Shown: positions 1 to 12,826 of the stretch, one piece after another
Layout of the letters: each line of letters opens with the position of its first letter
Position numbering within the stretch: position 1 is the stretch's first letter
NCBI GenBank assembly: GCA_051453625.1
Contig: JBOZIK010000001.1
Coordinates: 20,310,832-20,356,044, forward strand
From: Welwitschia mirabilis
Lineage: Eukaryota
Length of the DNA: 45,213 bases
Reading direction: 5' to 3'
The notes under the pieces: generated by a model
What the model was told of the DNA's origin: nothing
What the model saw: the letters and a program-made list of their open reading frames with translations, nothing else
Databases searched by the model: none
Translations under genes and position numbers: made by a program

Positions 1-625
1 AGAATAAATGGATTCAGCAAGCAAATAGTCCTATAATAAAGTACTCTATATATATATATATATAGCTAATGAAAGAATAAAAAGCTTGAGATGATGTCAT
101 GATTATAGTTTCTTGAGTTCTCCTTGATGTAGTCATCTATGAAGATCTCATATTAGAGTTTGTAGCCATTAGTATACTAGTGAAAATGCAATGTTTTTAG
201 TGAAGAGGTCTCTTAATCAAGAATAATAGATTTCTACTTACGTAGTACAAATCACCTATTTGCATAACGTTCTCTTCTTTAATCTTTATTCTGTTTATAC
301 TTACAAGGTATTCTAGACCTTTACCTCAATGAGATAGTTGTTTGAGATTTATTAATAGTCTTTCAGGTTGTAAATGGATAGTTTTCAATGTTCAATGACT
401 ATTTTTATTCTACATTAACTTTTATCATAAATGTCTTTACTATGAAAGATGTCTCTTATAGGAATACATCTTTGGACATGAAAGATGTCATTAGTTGAAC
501 TACCTAGGTTTCAGCCATTTAAAACTATTATGTTTCTTACTCTTAGACATTAAGATTCATCATGTAAAACTTTACTAATTCTATAAGTAATAAATAATTC
601 ATCCTGTTAACTTACTGATATGATT
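1..625 (-). repeat. Distal part of element A 3' LTR (left flank of element B)
   Basis: Resembles the reverse complement of E LTR ~35970-36400 (gattcatcatgtaaaacttt vs gaatccgtaatgtaaacctt; ttgtttgaga). Carries AGATGTCT-type motifs. Collinear continuation at 27387. Confidence 0.7.
47..64. repeat. (TA)n microsatellite
   Basis: tatatatatatatatata seen directly. Confidence 0.9.
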
Positions 626-630
626 GTCCT
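626..630 (+). repeat. Left target-site duplication of element B (GTCCT)
   Basis: gtcct|tattgtactacc here, ctgcaata|gtcct at 27382-27386. Element termini TATTG...CAATA are inverted repeats. Confidence 0.8.
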
Positions 631-1875
631 TATTGTACTACCAAATTGTATGTATTTGATAGGGTATTTTGAGTAAATTTTGTAGGATATTAGATAGGTC
701 TATGCTAAATTTTAATGATAATAAAGAGCTAAGAAAAATAATATTAAAAAAATGCAATATTCATTAAATTTTACATCATTTAAAGCAATTTATAATATTT
801 CCTATCTAAAGCAAAAATCTTGTAAATAAAGAGGCTGATTGACACAGGAAAAACTTTATAAAAACCTATCATCCACCTTATCATCTGAATGACTATACAG
901 ATGATAGAAATACTTAAGCTAAAGAGGATACCAACTAGATAAATCTAGTAGCTAATGTGGAAATATTATGAGGTGGCATCATCTCCTATATAATCCAAAT
1001 AACTAGCAATATGGCACCTGAGATAAACACTTACCAAACTTCACCAAACTCTTGCCATTTATCTTACACTTTCTTGCATGATTATTAGGATTATTCACAT
1101 GCTTATTAGTCTTGTCTGATTTTAGATTTTGTTTTGTAATAAATACCTTCGATGCCTTCAACTATGTTGTCATCTTTGTTTGCATTGGAAATTCTCATAA
1201 TAGGAGATTGAAGGGCTAGAGGTCCATCCATTATTGTTATAGAGAACGTCTTCCTTGGTTTGGGTTGTGTATCCTTTATTGAGGTAACACAAATATTAGT
1301 TTACTTTTAATCAAAAATCCATTTTCCTTTTTATATATTTTATTTTTTGCATATTATTTAGGGTTTATATTGCTTTTGATTCCGTGATAGCTTTGTTGAT
1401 GATACAAATCATGAGAGAAACCTTTATTAAGGTTGACATTGTTAGTTTAGGTGCATTGCATTTCTTTCCTACATTAACTTTGTATTGTTTTTATATTCTA
1501 TTTGATGTACTTGATAGCTTAGGTTAATATTCATCTAGTGATAGGTTTTCTTAATTAATCTAGATTATACAAGATCAATCTCCATGATAGGTTAATTTGA
1601 TAATCAAATAGAATTGCATTTANNNNNNNNNNNNNNNNNNNNNNNNNNNNNNNNNNNNNNNNNNNNNNNNNNNNNNNNNNNNNNNNNNNNNNNNNNNNNN
1701 NNNNNNNNNNNNNNNNNNNNNNNNNNNNNNNNNNNNNNNNNNNNNNNNNNNNNNNNNNNNNNNNNNNNNNNNNNNNNNNNNNNNNNNNNNNNNNNNNNNN
1801 NNNNNNNNNNNNNNNNNNNNNNNNNNNNNNNNNNNNNNNNNNNNNNNNNNNNNNNNNNNNNNNNNNNNNNNNNNN
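631..1875 (+). repeat. Element B 5' LTR (3' end and PBS inferred to lie in gap 1623-1909)
   Basis: Direct repeat of 25784-27381. The end position is extrapolated from the 3' LTR. Confidence 0.75.
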
Positions 1876-2273
1876 NNNNNNNNNNNNNNNNNNNNNNNNN
1901 NNNNNNNNNAGTTCAGGTATTTACTTATAATAGTATCGTATTTTTATAATAGAAATGTAGGTTTTTCTTTTATAGTTTTCATTTTATGTTCTGAAATAAA
2001 TACCCTATCATTTGCCTCATCGCCCAGACGATGCATGATAACAATAGTCTATGTGCCTTAGGTTTGTTGCTTTTCTTAAGAACTAGGGTTTTCTTATTAT
2101 TTTCTTTGTCATTTAGATGACTTAGTGAACAATCATCTATTTTTATTTTATGTTATTTTGTGATTCTATTTTTTTGCATTTTTTATTTTTAAGTTTTTGG
2201 TATGTGTTATTGTTCAGGTATATTATCCAGATGATACGACGTGCACTGAAATACGAACTAAGCATACTAGAAC

Positions 2274-5000
2274 ATGGTAAATTCTAATAAAAAGATGAAA
2301 TATCAAAGAGAATGGTTGTTTATCAAAGAAAACATCGAAGAATATTTGATCAACTACAAACTTAACCCAGATATGCACATCTCAGGTATGCAAAATACTT
2401 TAAAAATTCAGCAACAAGATTTCTCTACATTTGTCATTTTAGAATCTAATTTTTCAAAAGAAAATTTTTTAAAATATAGTTTACAAGAAACTTTAGAAGA
2501 AAATAATTTTATTACAATGTCAAATGCATTGCAAAAACAAAAATAGTTTGCTTCATCCAATTCCTANNNNNNNNNNNNNNNNNNNNNNNNNNNNNNNNNN
2601 NNNNNNNNNNNNNNNNNNNNNNNNNNNNNNNNNNNNNNNNNNNNNNNNNNNNNNNNNNNNNNNNNNNNNNNNNNNNNNNNNNNNNNNNNNNNNNNNNNNN
2701 NNNNNNNNNNNNNNNNNNNNNNNNNNNNNNNNNNNNNNNNNNNNNNNNNNNNNNNNNNNNNNNNNNNNNNNNNNNNNNNNNNNNNNNNNNNNNNNNNNNN
2801 NNNNNNNNNNNNNNNNNNNNNNNNNNNNNNNNNNNNNNNNNNNNNNNNNNNNNNNNNNNNNNNNNNNNNNNNNNNNNNNNNNNNNNNNNNNNNNNNNNNN
2901 NNNNNNNNNNNNNNNNNNNNNNNNNNNNNNNNNNNNNNNNNNNNNNNNNNNNNNNNNNNNNNNNNNNNNNNNNNNNNNNNNNNNNNNNNNNNNNNNNNNN
3001 NNNNNNNNNNNNNNNNNNNNNNNNNNNNNNNNNNNNNNNNNNNNNNNNNNNNNNNNNNNNNNNNNNNNNNNNNNNNNNNNNNNNNNNNNNNNNNNNNNNN
3101 NNNNNNNNNNNNNNNNNNNNNNNNNNNNNNNNNNNNNNNNNNNNNNNNNNNNNNNNNNNNNNNNNNNNNNNNNNNNNNNNNNNNNNNNNNNNNNNNNNNN
3201 NNNNNNNNNNNNNNNNNNNNNNNNNNNNNNNNNNNNNNNNNNNNNNNNNNNNNNNNNNNNNNNNNNNNNNNNNNNNNNNNNNNNNNNNNNNNNNNNNNNN
3301 NNNNNNNNNNNNNNNNNNNNNNNNAGTTTGCTTCATCCAATTCCTATGTTGTTATCAAAGCCTTTACTGCTATCCCCATAAATCCTAATGCTCATGTCAC
3401 CCTTAAAGAACTTATAGAAAGCAAAAAATGTGAAATTCAAACCCTTGTTGACCCACGTCCTGATGATGATGTTTAGTTAAAAAATTTAAATACCTATTCT
3501 TTTTTTAACAGAGAAAATATTGAAGATCCCTTACAACATATAACCGTCGAACAATTAGTAATTACTTTTGAAAATGGTAAAAAAGGAATTAGTGATTATA
3601 TCTATATGGTAAAGCTAAAGTATGGTTAAGAACTATTCCACATAAAAGTTTAAAAACATGAAATCAAGTTCAAGATGCATTTATAAAAAACATTTATGAG
3701 TGAAACAACCATAAGAAAAAGAAAGAAAGAAGTAACTAACTTTCAACAACAACCTAACAAATATCATGCCTCCACTTATGAGAGATTTTTTGTTGTCATA
3801 CATTCTAATCCTATGGATGCTTTTAATCAAGAAGAATTAGTAGATTACTTTTATAGTGAAATTAATAGCCCAATGAAACAACCTGTATATTTTTCATATG
3901 GAGGAAACTTGATAAATCTTACATTAGAAAATGCATGAAAAGTGTTGGAAGAACTAGTAGAAGTAAGTAAAACACAACCTAAATCATCCCCTAAAGAAAA
4001 TCATATAGTAGGCTAAATCATAAAGGCCTTAAAGAAGCTAAACAAGAGAAGGATGAAGTAAAAATAGATAAGAAACCAATAAAGGTTATTAAAGATTTCA
4101 TTATAACACTAAACAAATACACTCAAATGATCTTAGATGCTAAGGCAGCAACTAAAAAGAGTGTAGTTGTGATTCCAACTTGTCATTTATATGAAGATAA
4201 CTACCATGTAATAAAAGATTGTCCTTTACTACTAGCCTATGAAGAAATGATTTATGAAGAGATGTGTACATTTAGTTAGAGGTCTTTAAACTCTAGAAAT
4301 CAAAAGAAAAACTAAAATCAAAATCAAAACCAAAATCAAAACTAATTTCAACCTAAGATAAATAGACAATCAAACTTTTAATATTTTAAGGAAAAATTTA
4401 AGAACTTTCAAGCAAATCATCTTAATTTCCAACCATTTAGAAATAGATTTGAGAATGCTAACTTTTAAAGAAATAACTTAAACTTACAATCAAATAACTC
4501 AAATTGTTAATCAAGCACATCAAATTCATAAAACTAAAATTATTCACTCAAAAATTTCATTAATGAATTAAGAAAATTTTAAGAGAAAACAAATTTAAAA
4601 ATTAAAAATCTTATTAATGTTCTATAATAAACTATAATTACTAATTAAAGACCACAAGATTACTTGCAATACAAACTTTATCAAACTCTAATGAAGTTTA
4701 AAAAGATTGTAAGGTTATGATAAAAAGTGGAAATGATATACCACCTCCTATCCAAGAGGATTAAACATCCCAAAATGATAAAAATGATGATGAAGAAGAG
4801 GATATCAAAATCTTAGAAAATCATGCTTTTCCTTTTCCTTTAAATGAGGATAAGAAAAATTCTTCTCAAGATAAAGGTAAAAAACCTAGTACTCCTCGGC
4901 TTGATAGATTAAATACTAATCATATATTTGATGAACATCTTAAAGCCTTAATGCAAAATTTGAGCATAAATTTAGCATTTTAAAAACTTTTTCAAGAGAA
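2274..5000 (+). pseudogene. gag: Element B gag remnant
   Basis: Retrotrans_gag-like remnants (RENIEDPLQH ~3510-3540; ORF 3696-3938). Decayed CCHC knuckle C-H-L-Y-E-D-N-Y-H-V-I-K-D-C at 4181-4222, followed by a Q/N-rich tract. Many stops; boundaries approximate. Confidence 0.7.
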
Positions 5001-5109
5001 GTATAAATATTCTAAGTTGTGGAAAGATCTGATTAGGAGGAAATAAAAATGAACTATATACAATAAAGTCTTCCTATTCCAATTTATAATGAACTTAATC
5101 TTACAAAAA

Positions 5110-5586
5110 TATCCAAAGTTTAAGGATCCAAGAGTAGCAACAGTTAGTGTTACCTTAGAAGGAAACAAAAGAATAAAATAAGCCTTAATTGATATATAAG
5201 AAAGTTTTAATATTATGCCTTTGTACATTTATCAATGACTTGATTTGGAAGGTAGAATTGAACCTACAAGAATTATCTTTGAATTAGTAGATACATCAAT
5301 AAAGAAACTTTTAAGAGTAATCAAAGATTTATTGATTTAAATAAAAGAATAATTCTATTTTATAAATGTGGTTATGATTGAAGTTGAGCATAACATAGGT
5401 TATCCATTACTTCTAGGTAGAGATTTTTGTACAACAGTCCATTGTATTATTGATACCAGAACTGGAATGATGGAATGTCATTTAGAAAATAAGAAATTTA
5501 CTATTAGAGTATTTAGTCCTACTAAAAAGGATTTAGCTAATGAGTTGAATGTTGAAGAAGAGATTAAATCTAGTTTATTTTTATAG
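5110..5586 (+). pseudogene. pol: Element B aspartic protease remnant
   Basis: PKFKDPRVATVSVT...ALIDI*ESFNIMP (cf. Athila PKLKDPG...ALCDLGASINLMP) and YPLLLGRDFCTT (cf. PIILGRPFLAT). Confidence 0.85.
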
Positions 5587-6039
5587 AATCATCCACTTGA
5601 GAAAAGATGGTTAATGCTTTATGAGCCAACCTTATTTGATGATCAGCTTAAACTAGAAAACTTAAAAGGTTTTAGTAGTGATCAATTTAATTATAAGAAT
5701 CTAAGAACTGATTATTTTGATTAATAGAGTAGAAAAACTAAAACTGTAAACTATGTAAAGGTCTGAAATCTGAACACAGATGAGATCTATTATTTTGAGG
5801 GAGGTTAATTACTACTACCATCTAGATGACAATATGAGATGATAATTAATTTTGATAAAAATTTAATAAAAAATAAAAATCGAAATTTAAATCTGAAGTG
5901 TTTACCTTGTGGGTTGAAATATATCTGCTTGTGTGATGATTAGAATAAATCTTTAATAATAAAAAAGAATATTTTCCCTTAGCAAGAGTTGATTTTAATC
6001 TCACTTTTGAAGTCTAAGGTTAATGCATTTGCTTGGTTT

Positions 6040-6812
6040 TATAAATATTTAATAGTCATTCCCACCTCTATTATTCAACATAAAATCTATCTTAAGGATA
6101 ATGCAAAACTTATTAGGTAACCCCAACATAAACTAAATCTAGCTTTTAAGTAGGTCATAAAAGATGAAATCATTAAATAAATGGATGCTAGAATTATTTA
6201 TGCCATAGCTGATAGTGAGTGGGTTAGTCCTTTAATAGTAGTACCTAAGAAAGATGAGAAGTGAAGAATGTGTATTGATTTTAGAAAATTAAATGAAGTA
6301 AGCAAGAAGGATCATTGACCTTTATATTTTCTTAATCAAATACTTAATAGAATCTAAGGACATGCTTTTTATTATTTTCTTAATGGGTCTAATGATTATA
6401 TCTAGGTTTGTATTGCTAGTGAGGATTAGGCTAAAACTACTTTTACTTTACCTTTTAGAACTTTTGCTTTTAAATGTATTCCTTTTGGACTTTGCTATGC
6501 TCCTAGTACTTTTTTATATGTAATAATGAGTATTTTTCTAATATGTTAGAGAATTTAATAGAAATTTTTATAGATGACTTCTCAATCTTTGATGAAAATT
6601 TTAAATAAATCTTAAAAAGGTTGGAAAAATTCCTTAATATATGCATTACTAGTGGCTTAAATTTGAGTTGGATGAAAATTTTCTTTTTACTTACTAGTGG
6701 AATTATCTTAGGTTGCCACATTTTTAATAAAAGAATTAGAATAAACCCTAAAAAAATTAGTATCATTAAAATACTAACTCCTCTAACCAATGTAAAAAAA
6801 ATAAGACCCTTC
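6040..6812 (+). pseudogene. pol: Element B reverse transcriptase remnant
   Basis: DARIIYAIADSEWVSPLIVVPKK..*RMCIDFRKLN, KDH*PLYFLNQIL, KTTFTLPFRTFAFKCIPFGLCYAP, EIFIDDFSIF. Confidence 0.95.
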
Positions 6813-7599
6813 CNNNNNNNNNNNNNNNNNNNNNNNNNNNNNNNNNNNNNNNNNNNNNNNNNNNNNNNNNNNNNNNNNNNNNNNNNNNNNNNNNNNNNNN
6901 NNNNNNNNNNNNNNNNNNNNNNNNNNNNNNNNNNNNNNNNNNNNNNNNNNNNNNNNNNNNNNNNNNNNNNNNNNNNNNNNNNNNNNNNNNNNNNNNNNNN
7001 NNNNNNNNNNNNNNNNNNNNNNNNNNNNNNNNNNNNNNNNNNNNNNNNNNNNNNNNNNNNNNNNNNNNNNNNNNNNNNNNNNNNNNNNNNNNNNNNNNNN
7101 NNNNNNNNNNNNNNNNNNNNNNNNNNNNNNNNNNNNNNNNNNNNNNNNNNNNNNNNNNNNNNNNNNNNNNNNNNNNNNNNNNNNNNNNNNNNNNNNNNNN
7201 NNNNNNNNNNNNNNNNNNNNNNNNNNNNNNNNNNNNNNNNNNNNNNNNNNNNNNNNNNNNNNNNNNNNNNNNNNNNNNNNNNNNNNNNNNNNNNNNNNNN
7301 NNNNNNNNNNNNNNNNNNNNNNNNNNNNNNNNNNNNNNNNNNNNNNNNNNNNNNNNNNNNNNNNNNNNNNNNNNNNNNNNNNNNNNNNNNNNNNNNNNNN
7401 NNNNNNNNNNNNNNNNNNNNNNNNNNNNNNNNNNNNNNNNNNNNNNNNNNNNNNNNNNNNNNNNNNNNNNNNNNNNNNNNNNNNNNNNNNNNNNNNNNNN
7501 NNNNNNNNNNNNNNNNNNNNNNNNNNNNNNNNNNNNNNNNNNNNNNNNNNNNNNNNNNNNNNNNNNNNNNNNNNNNNNNNNNNNNNNNNNNNNNNNNNN

Positions 7600-7835
7600 G
7601 ATTATCTTTTGCCTTTATACACTTAGACATTATCTTTTAGGATTTCATACAAATGTATATACTGATCATGCAATAATTAGATACCTTATGACCATGAAAT
7701 ATTCTAGTGCTAAACTCATCAGATGGATCCTTCCCATGCAAGAATTTTATTTGACTATCATTGATAAAGTAAGAAAGCATAATAGTATAGCAGATTATTT
7801 GTCACATCTTTTTTCATCTCTTGCTGATCTTATTG
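7600..7835 (+). pseudogene. pol: Element B RNase H C-terminal remnant
   Basis: VYTDHAIIRYLM...AKLIRWILPMQEFYLTIIDK...NSIADYLS, the gypsy RH C-terminal pattern. Confidence 0.9.
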
Positions 7836-8500
7836 NNNNNNNNNNNNNNNNNNNNNNNNNNNNNNNNNNNNNNNNNNNNNNNNNNNNNNNNNNNNNNNNN
7901 NNNNNNNNNNNNNNNNNNNNNNNNNNNNNNNNNNNNNNNNNNNNNNNNNNNNNNNNNNNNNNNNNNNNNNNNNNNNNNNNNNNNNNNNNNNNNNNNNNNN
8001 NNNNNNNNNNNNNNNNNNNNNNNNNNNNNNNNNNNNNNNNNNNNNNNNNNNNNNNNNNNNNNNNNNNNNNNNNNNNNNNNNNNNNNNNNNNNNNNNNNNN
8101 NNNNNNNNNNNNNNNNNNNNNNNNNNNNNNNNNNNNNNNNNNNNNNNNNNNNNNNNNNNNNNNNNNNNNNNNNNNNNNNNNNNNNNNNNNNNNNNNNNNN
8201 NNNNNNNNNNNNNNNNNNNNNNNNNNNNNNNNNNNNNNNNNNNNNNNNNNNNNNNNNNNNNNNNNNNNNNNNNNNNNNNNNNNNNNNNNNNNNNNNNNNN
8301 NNNNNNNNNNNNNNNNNNNNNNNNNNNNNNNNNNNNNNNNNNNNNNNNNNNNNNNNNNNNNNNNNNNNNNNNNNNNNNNNNNNNNNNNNNNNNNNNNNNN
8401 NNNNNNNNNNNNNNNNNNNNNNNNNNNNNNNNNNNNNNNNNNNNNNNNNNNNNNNNNNNNNNNNNNNNNNNNNNNNNNNNNNNNNNNNNNNNNNNNNNNN

Positions 8501-9130
8501 NAACTTTTTAGGAAACTTATTTTATTCATTAGGATTGAACATAGTGTAGCTTGTGCTTATTATCCATAAACCAGTGGTCAAGTTGAAAATGCAAATAGAG
8601 AAATTAAGAAAATAATACTAAAAATTATCTTTATTAATAAGAAATCTTTGACTTATAAGCTTAATGATGTTCTTTGGGATTACCATACTACTTCACATAA
8701 TTATCTTAGTATTTTATCTTATGAACATGTATACGAGAAAAGTTTGTGTTTTACATATTGATGTGTATTATAACTTTTATTATTCTTCTCATCAACTCAA
8801 TCTTGTAAACCTTCATAAGAATCTTAAACGTATATTAGCCCAACTTGATCACCTAGATGAAAAACATACTTGTGCTATGCATCATCAACTAATTCATAAA
8901 TCCCAAGCTAAGTTTAAATATGATAGAAAATTACTTCATAAAAGGTATAAACCTGGTCAACTTGTCCTTTTATATAATACTATAGTACATCTTTTACATA
9001 ACAAGTTGAATTCTAAATGGTTAGGTTCTTATCTTATAAAGAAAGTACATCCTAATGCATGTGTTGAGAGTTTTGACTTAGAAACTAGGGAGATTCAAAA
9101 AGTTAATGAATAAAGGTTAAAAATATAAAA
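8501..9130 (+). pseudogene. pol: Element B integrase C-terminal remnant
   Basis: HSVACAYYP*TSGQVENANREIKK; YKPGQLVLLYN...KLNSKWLGSY...KVNE*RLK (Athila-like C-terminus, no chromodomain seen). Confidence 0.9.
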
Positions 9131-10784
9131 AACTTTTTGATACAACCTTGAACATGATAGAAGCAATTATTTTGGAGGTTTTTCTCAATGAGGAGAACTT
9201 CCATCCTATCATTTTATAAATTCTCTCTTAGCTTATTCCTTTGGTAAATGTTATGATATCACTTGATCATCTTTCAAACTTGATTTATGTGTTTGATTTA
9301 TGAATTTTTCATGAATAGGATTCGTACTTAAGCATTTTACAATGATAAGATTGGATTCATCCAATATTAGACATTTCAATGTTTGTGAACTTCATTTTGA
9401 AGGAAGATGCCTTAGTTATTTTACTTTTATTTAAATGGTGTAATGTCTTTGATTATTTAGGTATGTTTTTTTTGTCTTTCATTTCATTTATTCATCTTTG
9501 TCTTTTTAAGTGTATAATCATGTAGGAAATATTTGTCTAAAAAAAAGGAAAAATAAATAATAATAATAATAATCATGATCTATTGTATCTATGCTAAAAT
9601 ACATGGTCACCATGATGTCCTATCATACCAGGGTAAATTTTTCCAAAAGAAAGCTTTGGTCATGTTGGTAGCTAGGGAAACTTCACTAGGGGGTTAATCA
9701 GCCATGCTTTGTGGTTCCTCACTTCTCTGACTATGTCAGAAGAATTACTTATTTTCTTGACTCTTAANNNNNNNNNNNNNNNNNNNNNNNNNNNNNNNNN
9801 NNNNNNNNNNNNNNNNNNNNNNNNNNNNNNNNNNNNNNNNNNNNNNNNNNNNNNNNNNNNNNNNNNNATGTCTTTGATTATTTAGGTATGTTTTTTTTTG
9901 TCTTTCATTTTACTTATTTACGTTTGTCTTTTTGAATGTGTGATTATGTGGGATTTATTTGTGTTATTGAACAAGATAAAAAAAGAGAAAATAATGACCA
10001 TGATATATTACATTCATGTTAAAAAATACATAGTCATAATTATGTCCTATCACACTAGGGTAAATTTTTCTAAAAGGAACCTTTGGCAGTGTTGTATCTT
10101 TGGAAACTCCATTAGGAAGTTAGTTTGCCATGCTTCATGGGTATTTACTTCTTTGACCATAGATTCACTCCCCTCATCATAGAAAGTTATAATAAACTTA
10201 GGTGTTCCTAGTATCATCAAAGGCATTACTTGTTTATTAAACTTTTAGTATTTCCACATGATCATTTTACTTTTGAGGATTCAGGTGTGTTTTGGGATAT
10301 GAGTAAGTGAGTTCATTTCTGAGTATCTTTTAATCTTATTATTCATTATTCTAAGCACTTACTCCTTATTATCATCATAATCACTACCTTTCTGAATGAA
10401 AATTTATGGAGTTAATACATTTTATCATGCATTTTTACTCAGGTGTGTTTATGATGTCTTCGAGTTTGCTAAATTAGGATTTAAGATAGGTAAGATATCT
10501 TCTTGATGTTCCTTATGTCCATTTTCATCCTGCTTTTTGTTTGATTTTTTATTTTGTTATTTTAAAGTTTTTTCTTTACTTTCTCATCCTCACCTAGGAC
10601 CTTATCATTTAGTAGTTTTCTTATTGTTATGCATGGAATTTCTTTCATTATCACATTGATTTTATTTTAGCATTTTAATTAAATAATAATATTTTATGCT
10701 TCATGGTTTTTATAAGATTCCTTTGTATCTTTTGAAGTTCTACACTTTTTCCTATTTATTTTTTCAGTTCATCACATTCTTTTA

Positions 10785-12334
10785 TGTTGAGAACCTATTA
10801 TCATTAATCAAATTAACAAGTTTTTATTAAGTTAGTTATTATGCAGAGATTTTTCAACATTGAGCGACTACTATATAAATCCAAGCAATCAACCTGTCAT
10901 ATACACATACACTGAACAATAAGCAGGCAATTGTGCATGTTGCATAGGGCAACTAACTTTCAAATCTACTACAGATTAAGATAAAAGTGGGCGACCTATC
11001 ATATTCTTAAGGGCAACCAAACTATATTCTGCAAATTTTAGTCTACTAACAATAAGGGTGATCAAGTGCTTAACTAAGAGTAACCACAGACTATCTAAAA
11101 ATGATTGTAAAGAGCTTGACTGATATCTTAAGTTAGGGTGACTTAAATAAGATTGACTCCATATTTATTGAAGGGTAATCGAATGTTCCTATACAATAGA
11201 TTGATAAATTTAAGTCAAGAAAGGATAACCAAAAGTTTCTATTTAATAAACTGATAAATTTGAGTTAAGGAAGGGTAAACGAATGAAATGGATAAGGGTA
11301 ACTGAATACTAGNNNNNNNNNNGAATACTAGGACAACTAATTTTATTTTAAGGTTAACCTAATGTATTACAAATATAACTATTATAGTTATACAGTTCAT
11401 AAAAAAGTGTGGAATCCATTAAACGGTCCCCTTTTTGCCTCCAAATGACTAACTCTTTTGGCTAATTTATTTAAGTACCTTCCTTTCTAAATTGAAGGTT
11501 ATCTTTTTCATATTGAATAGTTACATCAATCATTCTGTACTTAAATGACTGTGAGTTCAGATTTCTTTTGGGAGATTCTATTCGTACCTACCCTTGTAAG
11601 AGCTTACTATNNNNNNNNNNNNNNNNNNNNNNNNNNNNNNNNNNNNNNNNNNNNNNNNNNNNNNNNNNNNNNNNNNNNNNNNNNNNNNNNNNNNNNNNNN
11701 NNNNNNNNNNAAAGTGAAGGTTACCTTTTTCATATTGAATAGTTACATCAATCATTCTGTACTTAAATGACTGTGAGTTCATATTTCTTTTGGGAGATTC
11801 TATTCGTACCTACACTTGTAAGAGCTTACTATACCTCTTATTTCTATGAAGCATAATTGTGCATTTGTGCACTTTGCTTATATACTTTCCTTCGTGGTTG
11901 TGGATTAGCCCCAAAATCCTTTGATAATTGTACAGATTTATGATGAGCCTGAAAACCAACCTTTNNNNNNNNNNNNNNNNNNNNNNNNNNNNNNNNNNNN
12001 NNNNNNNNNNNNNNNNNNNNNNNNNNNNNNNNNNNNNNNNNNNNNNNNNNNNNNNNNNNNNNNNGCTTATGTACTCTCCTTCATGGTTGTGAATTAGCCC
12101 TAAAATCCTTTGATAATTGTATAGATTTATGATGAGCCTAAAAACCAACCTTTGAGATTAATCTATGCTAGCTAGAGATAGGTGGTCTAAGAGCTAAAGG
12201 GTGGTATCTATCCACCATTAAAAATATACTGTATCTTTGGTGGTGTTTTTGAATTTTATTTGTAGGTATTCAAAGTGGATGAATATTTTTCTTATAATCT
12301 ATTCATTCCTCTCTAGGGTTGATCCAAATTTTCA
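10785..12334 (+). repeat. Element C 5' LTR (length inflated by gap-flanking duplications)
   Basis: 3' part (11781-12334) aligns with 13124-13486 and ends in CA just before the PBS. Confidence 0.75.
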
Positions 12335-12336
12335 AT

Positions 12337-12348
12337 TGGTATCAGAGC
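12337..12348 (+). promoter_or_regulatory. Primer binding site, tRNA-iMet (element C)
   Basis: Perfect TGGTATCAGAGC after a 2-nt spacer from the LTR end. Confidence 0.95.
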
Positions 12349-12826
12349 AAGATTGAACATAGATCCTAATAGATCTTTACTTCAAGTCACCCTTGANNNN
12401 NNNNNNNNNNNNNNNNNNNNNNNNNNNNNNNNNNNNNNNNNNNNNNNNNNNNNNNNNNNNNNNNNNNNNNNNNNNNNNNNNNNNNNNNNNNNNNNNNNNN
12501 NNNNNNNNNNNNNNNNNNNNNNNNNNNNNNNNNNNNNNNNNNNNNNNNNNNNNNNNNNNNNNNNNNNNNNNNNNNNNNNNNNNNNNNNNNNNNNNNNNNN
12601 NNNNNNNNNNNNNNNNNNNNNNNNNNNNNNNNNNNNNNNNNNNNNNNNNNNNNNNNNNNNNNNNNNNNNNNNNNNNNNNNNNNNNNNNNNNNNNNNNNNN
12701 NNNNNNNNNNNNNNNNNNNNNNNNNNNNNNNNNNNNNNNNNNNNNNNNNNNNNNNNNNNNNNNNNNNNNNNNNNNNNNNNNNNNNNNNNNNNNNNNNNNN
12801 NNNNNNNNNNNNNNNNNNNNNNNNNN

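Noticed and set aside
621..630. Alternative LTR start for B at TG 621 or 616
   Set aside because: No matching TSD. A start at 631 gives a perfect GTCCT TSD, inverted termini and alignment to D's LTR start.
2545..3346. Direct repeat agtttgcttcatccaattccta on both sides of a gap, resembling a TSD or short LTR
   Set aside because: Exact 22-bp overlap at contig ends; assembly artefact.
9590..9740. Conserved GC-richer block as possible hammerhead ribozyme or snoRNA
   Set aside because: No CTGANGA/GAAA core or clear C/D or H/ACA boxes seen; a covariance search would be needed.
10860..11360. Regularly spaced short repeats suggesting a CRISPR-like array
   Set aside because: Degenerate 8-bp motifs with irregular spacing inside a plant LTR; no cas genes.
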